Positions 43,015 to 51,811 of a stretch of DNA of 64,000 nt are shown here, in pieces. The stretch covers positions 28,681-92,680 of IMG/VR virus record IMGVR_UViG_3300031994_002623; one strand, 5' to 3'. This stretch comes from a virus. Its lineage: Duplodnaviria > Caudoviricetes. Numbering within the stretch: position 1 is the stretch's first letter; each line of letters starts with the position of its first letter. Made by a program: the position numbers and the translations under genes. The notes beneath the pieces were generated by a model. That model searched no databases. It was not told the DNA's origin and worked only from the letters and a program-made list of their open reading frames with translations.

Positions 43015-43145
43015 GGAAACTTACAGCAAGATTTTTCTATTACTTCAAACTAAATGTGGATTAGTCAAAACGTAGGTTCGATTCCTACCCTCCCGACTAT
43101 TAATTAAAGCAACGGGAGGTTGAAATGTTGGATACTTTAGTTTCC
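43015..43145 (+). ncRNA. CAGCA-stem (Y-like) RNA 4 with a permuted tRNA-His(GTG)-like module
   Basis: GGAAACT...AGTTTCC; ACTAA-ATGTGGA-TTAGT, T arm, CCTCCCG/CGGGAGG. Confidence 0.8.
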
Positions 43146-43155
43146 TTTTCTTAAT

Positions 43156-43237
43156 CGGGATATAGCTCAGTGGTTAGAGCGGCCTCCGCAAGAGGTGATT
43201 CTAGATACAGGCGTTGGTTCGAATCCATCTATCCCGA
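43156..43237 (+). tRNA. Atypical tRNA-like gene with a 5-nt anticodon loop
   Basis: CGGGATA/TATCCCG; GCCTC-CGCAA-GAGGT; long variable region. Confidence 0.55.
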
Positions 43238-43243
43238 CACAAT

Positions 43244-43301
43244 CACTGGACTGGTTGCCCATGCCTAGGGTGGGATGGTGGTTCGAATCCATCACCAGTG
43301 A
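43244..43301 (+). ncRNA. 58-nt D-armless tRNA-like RNA
   Basis: CACTGG/CCAGTG, CCCAT-GCCTAGG-GTGGG, canonical T arm. Confidence 0.45.
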
Positions 43302-43422
43302 CATCAAAAGAGATTTGAGGCTCAACGTAACGTCAGTAGTCCCTGGAAGTCGCCAAGCGTCTCCAAACTAGCTGCCTAAACGTATGTGTAGGTATAGTGG
43401 TAACGGTTACAATCCACTCTAT

Positions 43423-43503
43423 GCGAGTGTCGTATAACGGTGCGTCAGCGTATTATACCTGCCTTCCAAGCAGGGGACGAGGGTTCGACTCCCTTCATTC
43501 GCT
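43423..43503 (+). tRNA. tRNA-Gly(TCC) with a D-loop hairpin insertion
   Basis: CCTGC-CTTCCAA-GCAGG; paralog of 42925. Confidence 0.82.
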
Positions 43504-43537
43504 CGATATTTAATAATCTATATTAAAACAAATCGTT

Positions 43538-43849
43538 ATGGAACTAACAACATTATTCACGACTGAGTTCTGGTATTATGCACCAATCCTCAGTATGCTA
43601 ACAGTTACGATTGCAGGGGCAATCAATGGTAAATTTAACATCACAGAAGGCTTCTGGCCTCAGTTGGTTGCCTGGATTACAGGTTCAGTCCTTACAGTTG
43701 CAGGCTGGTTCATCGGTCTCATTCCACTTGGTACACCAACATGGTTGGCAGTTGTTTGCCTTTGTGGAGTAGTAGGACTTAGCAGTAACGGTATCTACGA
43801 CATTCCTTTCATTAAGAGTATCATAGATAAGTTACTACCTGGTAAGTAA
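43538..43849 (+). CDS. Small membrane protein (holin-like)
   Basis: Three hydrophobic helices; GL.SNGIYD motif. Confidence 0.55.
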   Translation: MELTTLFTTEFWYYAPILSMLTVTIAGAINGKFNITEGFWPQLVAWITGSVLTVAGWFIGLIPLGTPTWLAVVCLCGVVGLSSNGIYDIPFIKSIIDKLLPGK

Positions 43850-43889
43850 GAATAATCATCAAACTGGGTGCAGGATGCACCCTTTATAT

Positions 43890-43960
43890 GCGGGTATAGC
43901 ACAACGGCAGTGCATGAGATTTCCAATCTTAGGATGAGGGTTCGATTCCCTTTACCCGCT
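43890..43960 (+). tRNA. tRNA-Gly(TCC)
   Basis: TGAGA-TTTCCAA-TCTTA. Confidence 0.88.
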
Positions 43961-43966
43961 CAACGT

Positions 43967-44112
43967 GGAAACGTACAGCAATAGTTATCGTTTAGAAAAG
44001 CATTCCAAGCTAGGGGTCGCAGGTTCGAGTCCTGCCCACGCTACAAGACTATAATAACATGGCGTGGTAGCTCAGTTGGCAGAGCACTAAAAAATAAACA
44101 ACAAACGTTTCC
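43967..44112 (+). ncRNA. CAGCA-stem (Y-like) RNA 5 with a permuted tRNA-Gly(TCC)-like module
   Basis: GGAAACGT...ACGTTTCC; AGC-ATTCCAA-GCT, T arm, CCACGCTA/TGGCGTGG, D arm. Confidence 0.8.
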
Positions 44113-44120
44113 TTTTTCTT

Positions 44121-44193
44121 GCGGTTATAGCTCAGAAGGGAGAGCATTTGTCTTCCAGACAAAGGGTCGGAGTCTCGAAATCTCCTAACCGCT
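44121..44193 (+). tRNA. tRNA-Gly(TCC) with an atypical T-loop
   Basis: TTTGT-CTTCCAG-ACAAA. Confidence 0.75.
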
Positions 44194-44197
44194 CAAA

Positions 44198-44486
44198 TAG
44201 ACACACGCTGGAAAAGTTGGCTTGGAAGCAGCCATCTTCTAAGGAGTGGGCAAAAAGTTCCCTGTGAGCCTTAAGCAACCAGGAGTCAGAAAGTAGCCTG
44301 GGAGATATTGACTGTGAGGGGGTAATCAACAACATGACATTGTAAACTCAATGGTCTGCCGCCTACATTTGGGTAAAAGTCCACCCTAAGAGAGTAGGTG
44401 CTGGCAGTATGGCGGGGTTATGAACCCAGTTTTCGGTAGGACACACGGGACTCCTTTGGCGTAACAGCACATCTGGCTAATGTCTA
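44198..44486 (+). ncRNA. ncRNA containing a 23S rRNA H43/H44 (uL11-binding) mimic split by a ~200-nt insertion
   Basis: GTTGGCTTGGAAGCAGCCATC (44216) and GCGTAACAGC (44459), closed by GCTGGA/TCTGGC. Confidence 0.7.
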
Positions 44487-44512
44487 TTAATTTTTAACTA
44501 AACAACTTCATT

Positions 44513-44725
44513 ATGGAACTGAAATGTATGCGATGTGGACATGACCTCATTATTGGGGGCAATTTCATGCTAAGTGATATTTACGGAGACGAGGTAGAAA
44601 CGGAAGAAGACGATGCAATGGTTACAAATGCATCATGCCCTTACTGTGGTGCTTCATACGAGCTGTATGACACGCCAGAATCTGAAAAAGAATACTATCC
44701 ATACTGGAATCATATCGAAGTATAA
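44513..44725 (+). CDS. Small zinc-ribbon protein
   Basis: CMRC...CPYC. Confidence 0.6.
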   Translation: MELKCMRCGHDLIIGGNFMLSDIYGDEVETEEDDAMVTNASCPYCGASYELYDTPESEKEYYPYWNHIEV

Positions 44726-44728
44726 TTA

Positions 44729-44807
44729 ACTGGGGTATCGTAGCAGTCTTATACACTGACATTAACCACGTAATTGGTGTATGTGGGTTCAAGTCCCACC
44801 CCCAGTA
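44729..44807 (+). tRNA. tRNA-Ile(TAT)-like gene with an internally permuted D-arm
   Basis: ACTGGGG/CCCCAGT; CAGT-CTTATAC-ACTG; D-loop-like AATTGGT after the anticodon arm. Confidence 0.6.
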
Positions 44808-44810
44808 CTA

Positions 44811-44940
44811 AGGAAACATCCAGCACTATAATCTGTTTAAAAGGAATTGCTGCCTTCGGGCTTCGTGGGTTCGAATCCCACACGTCCTTTGGGCGTTGGT
44901 GGAGTGGCTAAACACGGCTATTGAAAAAACAATGTTTCCT
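44811..44940 (+). ncRNA. CAGCA-stem (Y-like) RNA 6 with a permuted class-II-tRNA module
   Basis: AGGAAACAT...ATGTTTCCT; GCC-TTCG-GGC, T arm, ACGTCC-TTT-GGGCGT, D arm. Confidence 0.8.
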
Positions 44941-44946
44941 GTCTAT

Positions 44947-45023
44947 GCGCTTGTGGGCAAACTGGTAAAGTCACTACACTTAGGATGTAGGTTATTTTGT
45001 GAGTTCGAATCTCACCAGGCGCA
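44947..45023 (+). tRNA. tRNA-Leu(TAG) with a short variable region
   Basis: CTACA-CTTAGGA-TGTAG. Confidence 0.82.
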
Positions 45024-45269
45024 CTTTTTTCTTAAAAAGGTTTAAAAAATTTGGTTTTTAATTAGATTTTATGTATCTTTGCATCGTTAATTTAAACGAA
45101 TAAGTAAATGGGACGTATATTGTTTATACTTTTCGCTTGTTTAGCCATCTTCTTGATTATGGTGCTTGCATCCAAGTTGATTGAGAAATCTCAACCTAAG
45201 TCTAAGGAAGACTTTATGAGCGACATAGAGGAGGTTTCCAAGCGAGTCAAGGATTTAAAGTAATAGAAT

Positions 45270-45548
45270 ATGTTAGTAGCTTTAATTATATTTATTGCTT
45301 TTGCGCTGATTTCAGTTGGTCTTATAGCATATGAGGCTAAACATTCAGTAGCAGTAGACCCGAAAGCGCCATTTCTTCATGGAGACTACGATGAGGATAA
45401 TGACCCTACAGCTAGACACCAGGAGGTGTTCTGTAAGCATTGTCAGTTTTCCAAGGATGGTATAGTGTGCTTAAAGGATATAGTTACTGAAATAACAGAT
45501 GAAAGGGTTGCACACTGTAAGAGAGACAGCATGTTTCTCGCTAAATAA
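45270..45548 (+). CDS. Hypothetical membrane-anchored protein
   Basis: N-terminal TM helix; CxxC. Confidence 0.5.
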   Translation: MLVALIIFIAFALISVGLIAYEAKHSVAVDPKAPFLHGDYDEDNDPTARHQEVFCKHCQFSKDGIVCLKDIVTEITDERVAHCKRDSMFLAK

Positions 45549-45554
45549 TATGAT

Positions 45555-45628
<74 letters not shown>

Positions 45629-45635
45629 CATAAAT

Positions 45636-45708
45636 GCACCTATGGTCGAGTGGATTAGGCAACTGTCTTCTAAGCAGTATTAGGTGGGTTCGAGTCCTAC
45701 TAGGTGTA
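45636..45708 (+). tRNA. tRNA-Arg(TCT)
   Basis: ACTGT-CTTCTAA-GCAGT. Confidence 0.88.
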
Positions 45709-45712
45709 CAAC

Positions 45713-45840
45713 GTGAGATTTAGAAATATCACTACGGAGAGGAAATCCCTCCTGCGAAGGAGGAAATACACGGTCAAGTGGTGCGAGTCCACTCAATACG
45801 GATGGCACGTAGTGGTAAGTTGCAACTTTCTACTTCTCAC
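45713..45840 (+). ncRNA. 128-nt palindromic-bulge RNA A
   Basis: GTGAGA/TCTCAC, TATCACTACG/CGTAGTGGTA, GTTGCAAC bulge. Confidence 0.55.
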
Positions 45841-45938
45841 ATCATATCTCTGCGTTGGAATCGATTTGGAACGGGGGAGCACATAAACACAGCTTACCGT
45901 CGCAAGGTTAAACTCCGAGCACGACGCAGAGTCATTCT

Positions 45939-46083
45939 AAGGAACGTACAGCAGTCTAAGAAAAATTTAAACATTTGTATTTTATTTGTATTATTTTCGG
46001 ACAGGACTGAAGAAGCGTTAATCCCGAAAGGGGCGTGAAGCATCAGTTAACAGTCTGCCAGGACTTTAAACTGGTCGTTCCTT
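45939..46083 (+). ncRNA. CAGCA-stem (Y-like) RNA 7, non-tRNA structured cargo
   Basis: AAGGAACG-TACAGCAG...CGTTCCTT. Confidence 0.7.
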
Positions 46084-46090
46084 TTTAATA

Positions 46091-46440
46091 GGTAATGATA
46101 TAGAAGATGTCACAAGAAAATAAACAAAAAGTTGAAAAGGTTTTCCTACAAAATAGGTAAAGAAGTTATTCGCCTTTACTGAGGAAGTACTGACAAGAGA
46201 AAACACCTCAATGCACCGAGAATCTACCATACAATATAATTATGTGTGGCAAAAGTGAAAAGGAGTAGGACCGTAGTGGTCACACGTTAACCGTCTCTAC
46301 AGTTATTATTAATTAGTAGGGAAAATGCCTAGAATTAGAGGCATTTGTACAACTCTGAGATTATTGATAACGATGTTAAAAAGACTGCATATACATCTAT
46401 GACTTATTATTGTTTATGCGCCATCTTCTATATTATCACC
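46091..46440. repeat. IR-bounded ~350-bp cassette with structured non-coding content
   Basis: GGTAATGATATAGAAGATG...CATCTTCTATATTATCACC; homologous to the IRs at 13976/14309. Confidence 0.7.
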
Positions 46441-46449
46441 TTTTAATAT

Positions 46450-46538
46450 GTAGGGGTAAAACGTAATTGGATGACCGTCCTGGTCTACGAAACCAGTCTA
46501 TCGAGAGGTAGTTGTGGGTTCGAATCCCACCCCCTATA
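46450..46538 (+). tRNA. tRNA-Arg(ACG) with a long variable arm
   Basis: CTGGT-CTACGAA-ACCAG; CTATC-GAGA-GGTAG. Confidence 0.8.
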
Positions 46539-46572
46539 CAAAAAAAATTGTTTAATTTAAAAACTAAAGGAA

Positions 46573-46908
46573 ATGGTTGTAAAGACTAGTATTGGTAAAC
46601 TACTGGATATTCCAGAAGGTCATTTAATCATCAAGGATAATAGGCTCTTCAACACCAAGACAGGAGAGTTTGAAGCTGTTGATGGTGACATCATAGAGTT
46701 CATTACCAAGACTAATGATATTAAACTCTGGCATCGTGGGTTTGTTGATGGTTACACCAATGGAAATAACATAAGGCTGAGAGGCGTGGCTACAACGGAG
46801 TATAATAACATCATTCATAAGGACATTGAACATATATCAGTTGTTACATACTCAGACGGTATGACATTCGAACAGAAGGAACTTCTTGCAGCAACAGAAG
46901 CACTATGA
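46573..46908 (+). CDS. Hypothetical protein
   Basis: ORF track. Confidence 0.5.
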   Translation: MVVKTSIGKLLDIPEGHLIIKDNRLFNTKTGEFEAVDGDIIEFITKTNDIKLWHRGFVDGYTNGNNIRLRGVATTEYNNIIHKDIEHISVVTYSDGMTFEQKELLAATEAL

Positions 46909-47336
46909 ACTATTACGAAGGAAATAAACCATTCTCCCTGGAGAGTGAAGAATTTTATAAGTCGATTATAAGGGTCATCTATTCTCCAATGGAGAAAGTT
47001 ACATGGGTGACACCATATCGTAGGAAGGGTGATGTAATATATAGGAGGAATCTTTTTACCTTGTTCAAGAAAAAGGTAAAGGAGGTTGTCCAGGAAGACA
47101 TTATCAGAGAAGTTGGATGGGGGGGTGACTATTACTACTCTACCATAAGTGAGTATGCGAAGAAAAACAACCACCTTATTATTGATGGTGTTCTCTATAC
47201 CAAACCACGAGTTCTTATTGAAACCAATGTTAAAGACGGAAATAGAATAGTGAAATTCGAAACAGAGGCTGAGGCAATGAATTATATAACGTCTCTGAAA
47301 GAAAATTGTAAAAAATGCGGAAATAATCTGCTATAA
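46905..47336 (+). CDS. Hypothetical protein (paralog of 47374)
   Basis: Shared KGD.IY.R..F and C-terminal AM......K..C..CGN.LL. Confidence 0.6.
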   Translation: MNYYEGNKPFSLESEEFYKSIIRVIYSPMEKVTWVTPYRRKGDVIYRRNLFTLFKKKVKEVVQEDIIREVGWGGDYYYSTISEYAKKNNHLIIDGVLYTKPRVLIETNVKDGNRIVKFETEAEAMNYITSLKENCKKCGNNLL

Positions 47337-47373
47337 ATTTGTTTTTTACAAAAAAAATATATATCTTTGCACT

Positions 47374-47802
47374 ATGGAAGAGAGATATAAGGAACAGACT
47401 CTTAAATCTAGCGAATATTACGCAAATGTAGTTAATGTTAGTTTTGTCCCAGAGTTCGAACTACCAGAACTCAAGAAAGTAGTGTCTAAGGGAGACCCGA
47501 TATATGAACGTCGTGGGTTATTCATACGCAGGATGGTAGAGATTGGCAAGGAAGATAATGATAGGTACGATTTCCATGACCCTAAACATTATTACTGGGG
47601 GTACAGGAAAACATTGGAAGAACTTGCCGACATTGGTCAACACAGGATTACCAAGAAAGGTAAAATCTATAGACAGTCTAAGGTAACTGTTGCAACTAAG
47701 TCTGGTACTGACACCAACTGGTTCAATACAAATGAGGATGCCATGAAGTTCATGGAGGATGTTAAATCCAAGTGTTCCTCATGTGGAAATAAACTACTTT
47801 AA
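47374..47802 (+). CDS. Hypothetical protein (paralog of 46905)
   Basis: Shares the motifs of 46905; own promoter at 47362. Confidence 0.6.
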   Translation: MEERYKEQTLKSSEYYANVVNVSFVPEFELPELKKVVSKGDPIYERRGLFIRRMVEIGKEDNDRYDFHDPKHYYWGYRKTLEELADIGQHRITKKGKIYRQSKVTVATKSGTDTNWFNTNEDAMKFMEDVKSKCSSCGNKLL

Positions 47803-47885
47803 AAAAAAATTCACAAAAAAATTGTGTATTTTAGGTACTTTTGAAATTTATTGTATAATTATAGAAAAATCAAGTCATTAAAATT

Positions 47886-48097
47886 ATGAACACAACTATT
47901 AATAATATTGCTAAGACATTTGCTGCATTTGCTACATCAAGTAAATGGAGTGATTTTGTTGTGTCTAATTTTGATACAGGAGGAGGACAGCTTAGAGGTT
48001 ATACAGAGATATAATGAAAATGCGAAAGGCACTTACTTCACTATATATTTCCCAAGCTGTTGAAGAACTCCAAAAAAGTATTCAGCAGCTTTTTTTT
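47886..48097 (+). promoter_or_regulatory. Putative leader-peptide attenuator (42-aa ORF 47886-48014 plus terminator 48054-48097)
   Basis: GACAGCTT in the ORF pairs with AAGCTGTT of the terminator stem. Confidence 0.55.
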
Positions 48098-48183
48098 GTG
48101 AATAATCGTTAAAAAATTGGTCAAAAATTTGGAATTCTCAATTTTTTTATGTATCTTTGCACCGTGATTCAAAAACAGGGAAT

Positions 48184-48468
48184 ATGAAGGTAAGATGTAT
48201 AGAGCAGTTGCAGACCAAGCACATCACATTCAGACCAGGTGAAGATTACTTTGGTAGTGAGGTGAACAAGCAGTGGTGGGTAGTAGACTCTGTAGGAGTT
48301 GAGACTGATAACTTCCACCTTCATTTCGAGGTGATTGAGGAGGAAACTCCAGAAGAGGTATTTACTGAGGAAGAGGCATCTGCTGAGGTTGTTGAAGAGA
48401 AGAAAGAAGAAGAGGTTGAAGAGAAGCCTAAGTGGTATGAGAGATTAAGAGATTATATATTCGCTTAA
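48184..48468 (+). CDS. Hypothetical acidic protein
   Basis: Follows the promoter at 48152. Confidence 0.5.
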   Translation: MKVRCIEQLQTKHITFRPGEDYFGSEVNKQWWVVDSVGVETDNFHLHFEVIEEETPEEVFTEEEASAEVVEEKKEEEVEEKPKWYERLRDYIFA

Positions 48469-48469
48469 T

Positions 48470-48542
48470 GGGGCGGTAGCAAAGATGGTCAATGCACCAG
48501 ACTGAAAATCTGGCTATGGTGGTTCGAGTCCACCCCGCCCCA
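48470..48542 (+). tRNA. tRNA-Phe(GAA)
   Basis: CCAGA-CTGAAAA-TCTGG. Confidence 0.88.
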
Positions 48543-48566
48543 CGAACAAATAGGTGACAGATATTT

Positions 48567-48641
48567 GGTCCTGTAGTAGAATTGGTTACAATGCCACGTT
48601 GTCAGCGTGTGTGGATGTGGGTTCGAGTCCCACCTGGACCG
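48567..48641 (+). tRNA. tRNA-Asp(GTC)
   Basis: CACG-TTGTCAG-CGTG. Confidence 0.82.
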
Positions 48642-48785
48642 CAAAGTTGTTCGAAAAGGTGTAGTTCGAAATGCACTGAAGTAGATTAAATGTGGAAAAT
48701 CGTACCCTGCCAGTAGTTGTGATGAACGATAGTACTGGGACAACAGAGGATGAGAATTCACGACCTCAACACAACAACTTTACTT

Positions 48786-48858
48786 GGGGTATAGGTCAAA
48801 CGGTTAAGATGTCTGCCTGTCACGCAGCACGGAGCGAGTTCAACTCTCGTATACCCCG
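48786..48858 (+). tRNA. tRNA-Asp(GTC)
   Basis: CTGC-CTGTCAC-GCAG. Confidence 0.82.
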
Positions 48859-48997
48859 CAAGGGCTAGCTAGAAGGTAAGTACAAGGCTTTCAAGAGTTT
48901 GTTGTTTTATTGAGGGAAGCTAGAAACAGAACATAGTGGCTTGAAACGCTATGCTAGTGGTTCGATAATTACTGAAGGTTACACTAGGTTTTTACTT

Positions 48998-49070
48998 GTG
49001 GGAGTAGCTGAGAGGTTTAGCGGTGGGTTGAAGCCCCACGACAACGGTGGTTCGATTCCATCTTCTCACA
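48998..49070 (+). tRNA. tRNA-Phe(GAA)
   Basis: GTGGG-TTGAAGC-CCCAC. Confidence 0.85.
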
Positions 49071-49071
49071 C

Positions 49072-49199
49072 AAAGACCAGATTCAGAGTGGGGCATTAGG
49101 AGGGCTACGAGGAGGAGGCTATGACACTGAATTCATGAGCAGTTGAGCCGAATGCTAACTAAGTAAGTCCGCATCTGTGAGTTGCAACATCTGGTCTTT
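49072..49199 (+). ncRNA. 128-nt palindromic-bulge RNA B
   Basis: AAAGACCAGAT/ATCTGGTCTTT with a GTTGCAAC bulge. Confidence 0.55.
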
Positions 49200-49204
49200 A
49201 CTTT

Positions 49205-49280
49205 GGGTGCATAGCTTTTTAACGGTTAGAGCGACGGCCTGTTAAGCCGAGGGTTGGAGGTTCGAATCCTTCTGCGCCCG
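49205..49280 (+). tRNA. tRNA-Asn(GTT)
   Basis: CGGC-CTGTTAA-GCCG. Confidence 0.85.
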
Positions 49281-49287
49281 CAAACAT

Positions 49288-49360
49288 TGGGGAGTAGCGC
49301 AGCGGTTAGCGCAGTAGACTGTTAATCTATTGGTCGTGGGTTCGAATCCCACCTCCCCAG
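49288..49360 (+). tRNA. tRNA-Asn(GTT)
   Basis: GTAGA-CTGTTAA-TCTAT. Confidence 0.92.
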
Positions 49361-49608
49361 CGAAAAAAGTTCTTTGAAAATTTTGATTTCTTAGATATTT
49401 TATATATCTTTGCATCGACTTAAGAATATTCCCAGACGTGGGTCTCAAACAACACTCAAAGATGTACATATGAGTGGCTAGAGTTGTTAGACTGTGAAGT
49501 GGGACGAAGTAACCCACAACGTTAGCCATACGTCCGTTCAAGGTAGCAGCCATTTTATCTAGCCGTAAGGAAGCACTAAGCCAACGATACTGCTGCTGTG
49601 CATTGCTT

Positions 49609-49680
49609 GGGGTTTGTAGTGTAATGGCTAGCACCAGTCCTTTGCAAGGATTTAGAGGGGTTCGAATCCCACAGACTCCA
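49609..49680 (+). tRNA. tRNA-Ala(TGC) with an apparent 8/4 acceptor/T fold
   Basis: GGGGTTTG/CAGACTCC with G3:U70; AGTCC-TTTGCAA-GGATT. Confidence 0.78.
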
Positions 49681-49752
49681 CGTAAAAAAGTTTATTCGAA
49701 TACTTGATTTTTTAGTAACTTTCATTATATTTATTATAAAGGAAGTTCGAAA

Positions 49753-50355
49753 ATGAAAGTAAATTGGATTAACGAGAAGGAAGCTCTTGAGAAACTGATT
49801 AGTGAGGGAGTATCATATGAGCGCATTGGCAGACAGTATGGCGTTACTGGTGCTTCTGTGAAGAAGGCTGCAAGGAAAATGGGTATTGAGCTTGAACAAA
49901 GGCGAGAAATAAACCCAGATGAACATTTCAATAAAGGTAATCGCAAAACTCATATTTGTGCCAATTGTGGCAAAGAATTTGAACATAGATATACCTCTGA
50001 TAATAAATATTGTTCATTTAATTGCCAGCACGAACATGAATATAAATTATTTATTGAACGTTGGAAAAATGGTGATGAATCTGGAGTTACTGGTAAGTAT
50101 GGAATATCAATGCACATACGTAGGTATCTCTTCGAAAAGAATAATGGTAAATGTCAAATATGTGGATGGGGAGAGGAAAACCCAGTAACACATAAAATTC
50201 CATTACAAATTCATCACATAGATGGAGATTGCACAAACAACAAGGAGGAGAATCTTCAACTGTTATGCCCAAACTGTCATTCGTTAACGGATACATTCGG
50301 TAATCTTAACGAGAACTCTAAAAGGATATACAGGAAACAGAAGGGCAACTTGTAA
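49753..50355 (+). CDS. HNH (homing) endonuclease
   Basis: N-terminal HTH, CxxC zinc finger, C..CG...LQIHHIDGD..NN...NLQLLCPNCH. Confidence 0.9.
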   Translation: MKVNWINEKEALEKLISEGVSYERIGRQYGVTGASVKKAARKMGIELEQRREINPDEHFNKGNRKTHICANCGKEFEHRYTSDNKYCSFNCQHEHEYKLFIERWKNGDESGVTGKYGISMHIRRYLFEKNNGKCQICGWGEENPVTHKIPLQIHHIDGDCTNNKEENLQLLCPNCHSLTDTFGNLNENSKRIYRKQKGNL

Positions 50356-50385
50356 GGGTCGTGGGTTCGAGTCCCACTAGCTCCA
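50356..50385 (+). pseudogene. Orphan 3' half of a tRNA-Ala
   Basis: GGGTC-GTGGG-TTCGAGT-CCCAC-TAGCTCC-A with no 5' half. Confidence 0.6.
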
Positions 50386-50395
50386 CAAGTATTTT

Positions 50396-50482
50396 GGAGG
50401 TATGTGATAATTGGTAGTCGGACTGTCTTGAAAACAGTTGGTCGCTGATAACGGCTTGGGGGTTCGAGTCCCTCTACCTCCG
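50396..50482 (+). tRNA. tRNA-Ser(TGA)
   Basis: ACTGT-CTTGAAA-ACAGT; long variable arm. Confidence 0.88.
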
Positions 50483-50510
50483 CAATGTTTAACTCATATA
50501 ATTAAGAATA

Positions 50511-50900
50511 ATGTTAGATTACGACATCGTAGTAGTTACTGACTACAACCAGAAATGTATTGTTCCGAAACTGAAGGAAGACGGGCGCAGTATGGGGTCT
50601 TTGGTTATCCAGGACGGTTCTTCTAAATACTATAACAGGTTTGCGGAATACTGTAACGGAAATGGTAAGCTGATGATAATAAAGTTGCTGCTGGTACATC
50701 AGAAATACGCAGGCAATGGAATTGCAACAGCTCTTATCAAAAAGGCGTTAGAGGTTTATAAGGACTACAACTTAGTATTACTGGTACATCCATGCGCACA
50801 TATGGCAATGAGTGGAGACCAGCTTCAACAGTTCTATAGCAAGTTCGGCTTTGTAAGAACTGGAGAACTACAGAGAACGATGGTCAGAAAGGCAATATAG
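50511..50900 (+). CDS. GNAT acetyltransferase
   Basis: V...YAGNGIATAL...L..FYSKFGF. Confidence 0.8.
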   Translation: MLDYDIVVVTDYNQKCIVPKLKEDGRSMGSLVIQDGSSKYYNRFAEYCNGNGKLMIIKLLLVHQKYAGNGIATALIKKALEVYKDYNLVLLVHPCAHMAMSGDQLQQFYSKFGFVRTGELQRTMVRKAI

Positions 50901-50946
50901 TCCTTCCCTGTTGGGGGCGATAATATCACAGGGTGGCGGCTAATAT

Positions 50947-51270
50947 ATGACGAAGAAATTTTGGAATGATTGGCAAAAAAGAATTGGTGAGACAAAACAG
51001 GTCTACTTGTCTTATGATTTTTTTGGGAGAAAGATGAATGGTAGATGTAACTGTAGACGCTTACTGACTTACCGTCTTACTGATGATGGTAATGATAAGG
51101 TCATCTCAGTTAAATTCAATGGTGATACGGTTAGTATGGTAATCGAGAGAAAAACTTGTGTGACAGACCTATCAAGTAGAAGAGGTTATCACTATCACTC
51201 TGAGAATGAACATATCACCTTGAATAGGGAGGATATTATTACTGTAGAGTTCTTTGAAAATAAGGCATAA
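50947..51270 (+). CDS. Hypothetical protein
   Basis: ORF track. Confidence 0.5.
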   Translation: MTKKFWNDWQKRIGETKQVYLSYDFFGRKMNGRCNCRRLLTYRLTDDGNDKVISVKFNGDTVSMVIERKTCVTDLSSRRGYHYHSENEHITLNREDIITVEFFENKA

Positions 51271-51396
51271 GATACAGAAGGAAACGCCAGGAACACCAAC
51301 CTGGAGAAGTTACCGTAGGCAACGAGTTAGTTAGTATCATCCAATCAAGGCTAACGACTACAGTTGTACGGGATAGTGGAATGTAAGTATTACAAT

Positions 51397-51484
51397 GGAG
51401 AGTTACCCAAGTTGGTGAAGGGGAGACATTGCTAACGTCTTAGGTCTGTAACAGGGCGCAGGGGTTCGAGTCCCTTACTCTCCG
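51397..51484 (+). tRNA. tRNA-Ser(GCT)
   Basis: Loop TTGCTAA; long variable arm. Confidence 0.88.
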
Positions 51485-51508
51485 CTTTAATTTTAAAGTT
51501 ACAATGTT

Positions 51509-51811
51509 ATGAAATTAGTACTTTTATTTCTTTTAATCCTTTCAATAGCTACGTTATTTACAAGTAGCACTAAAGGTAGGTTGTTAAATTCAACCATCAA
51601 CTTTTTCCTTATGTCGCTATTGGCTATAAAGGATTACGGAACAGAACCTACGTGGCTCTGGGTGTTATCTCTCATACTAGCAATTATAGATGCGGTATTT
51701 GTGGTAATATACCTAAAAATGTACATTGATGAAAAAAATGGTAAGGAAGCCATTAAGATTAATAACAGAGATAAGTTTTTAAGTGATATAAAAAGGAAAT
51801 ATGGTAGTTAA
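51509..51811 (+). CDS. Hypothetical membrane protein
   Basis: Hydrophobic segments. Confidence 0.45.
   Translation: MKLVLLFLLILSIATLFTSSTKGRLLNSTINFFLMSLLAIKDYGTEPTWLWVLSLILAIIDAVFVVIYLKMYIDEKNGKEAIKINNRDKFLSDIKRKYGS

Noticed and set aside
43244-43301. Amber suppressor tRNA (loop GC-CTA-GG)
   Set aside because: No D arm, no U33, and the loop bases can pair further; kept only as a tRNA-like fragment
44198-44486. True rRNA gene or host contamination
   Set aside because: Only ~55 nt resemble 23S rRNA, they are split by an insert, and they sit in continuous phage context
46007-46046. Hammerhead ribozyme (CTGAAGA...)
   Set aside because: The required GAAA core strand reads GAAG, and no stem I/III with an NUH cleavage site could be built
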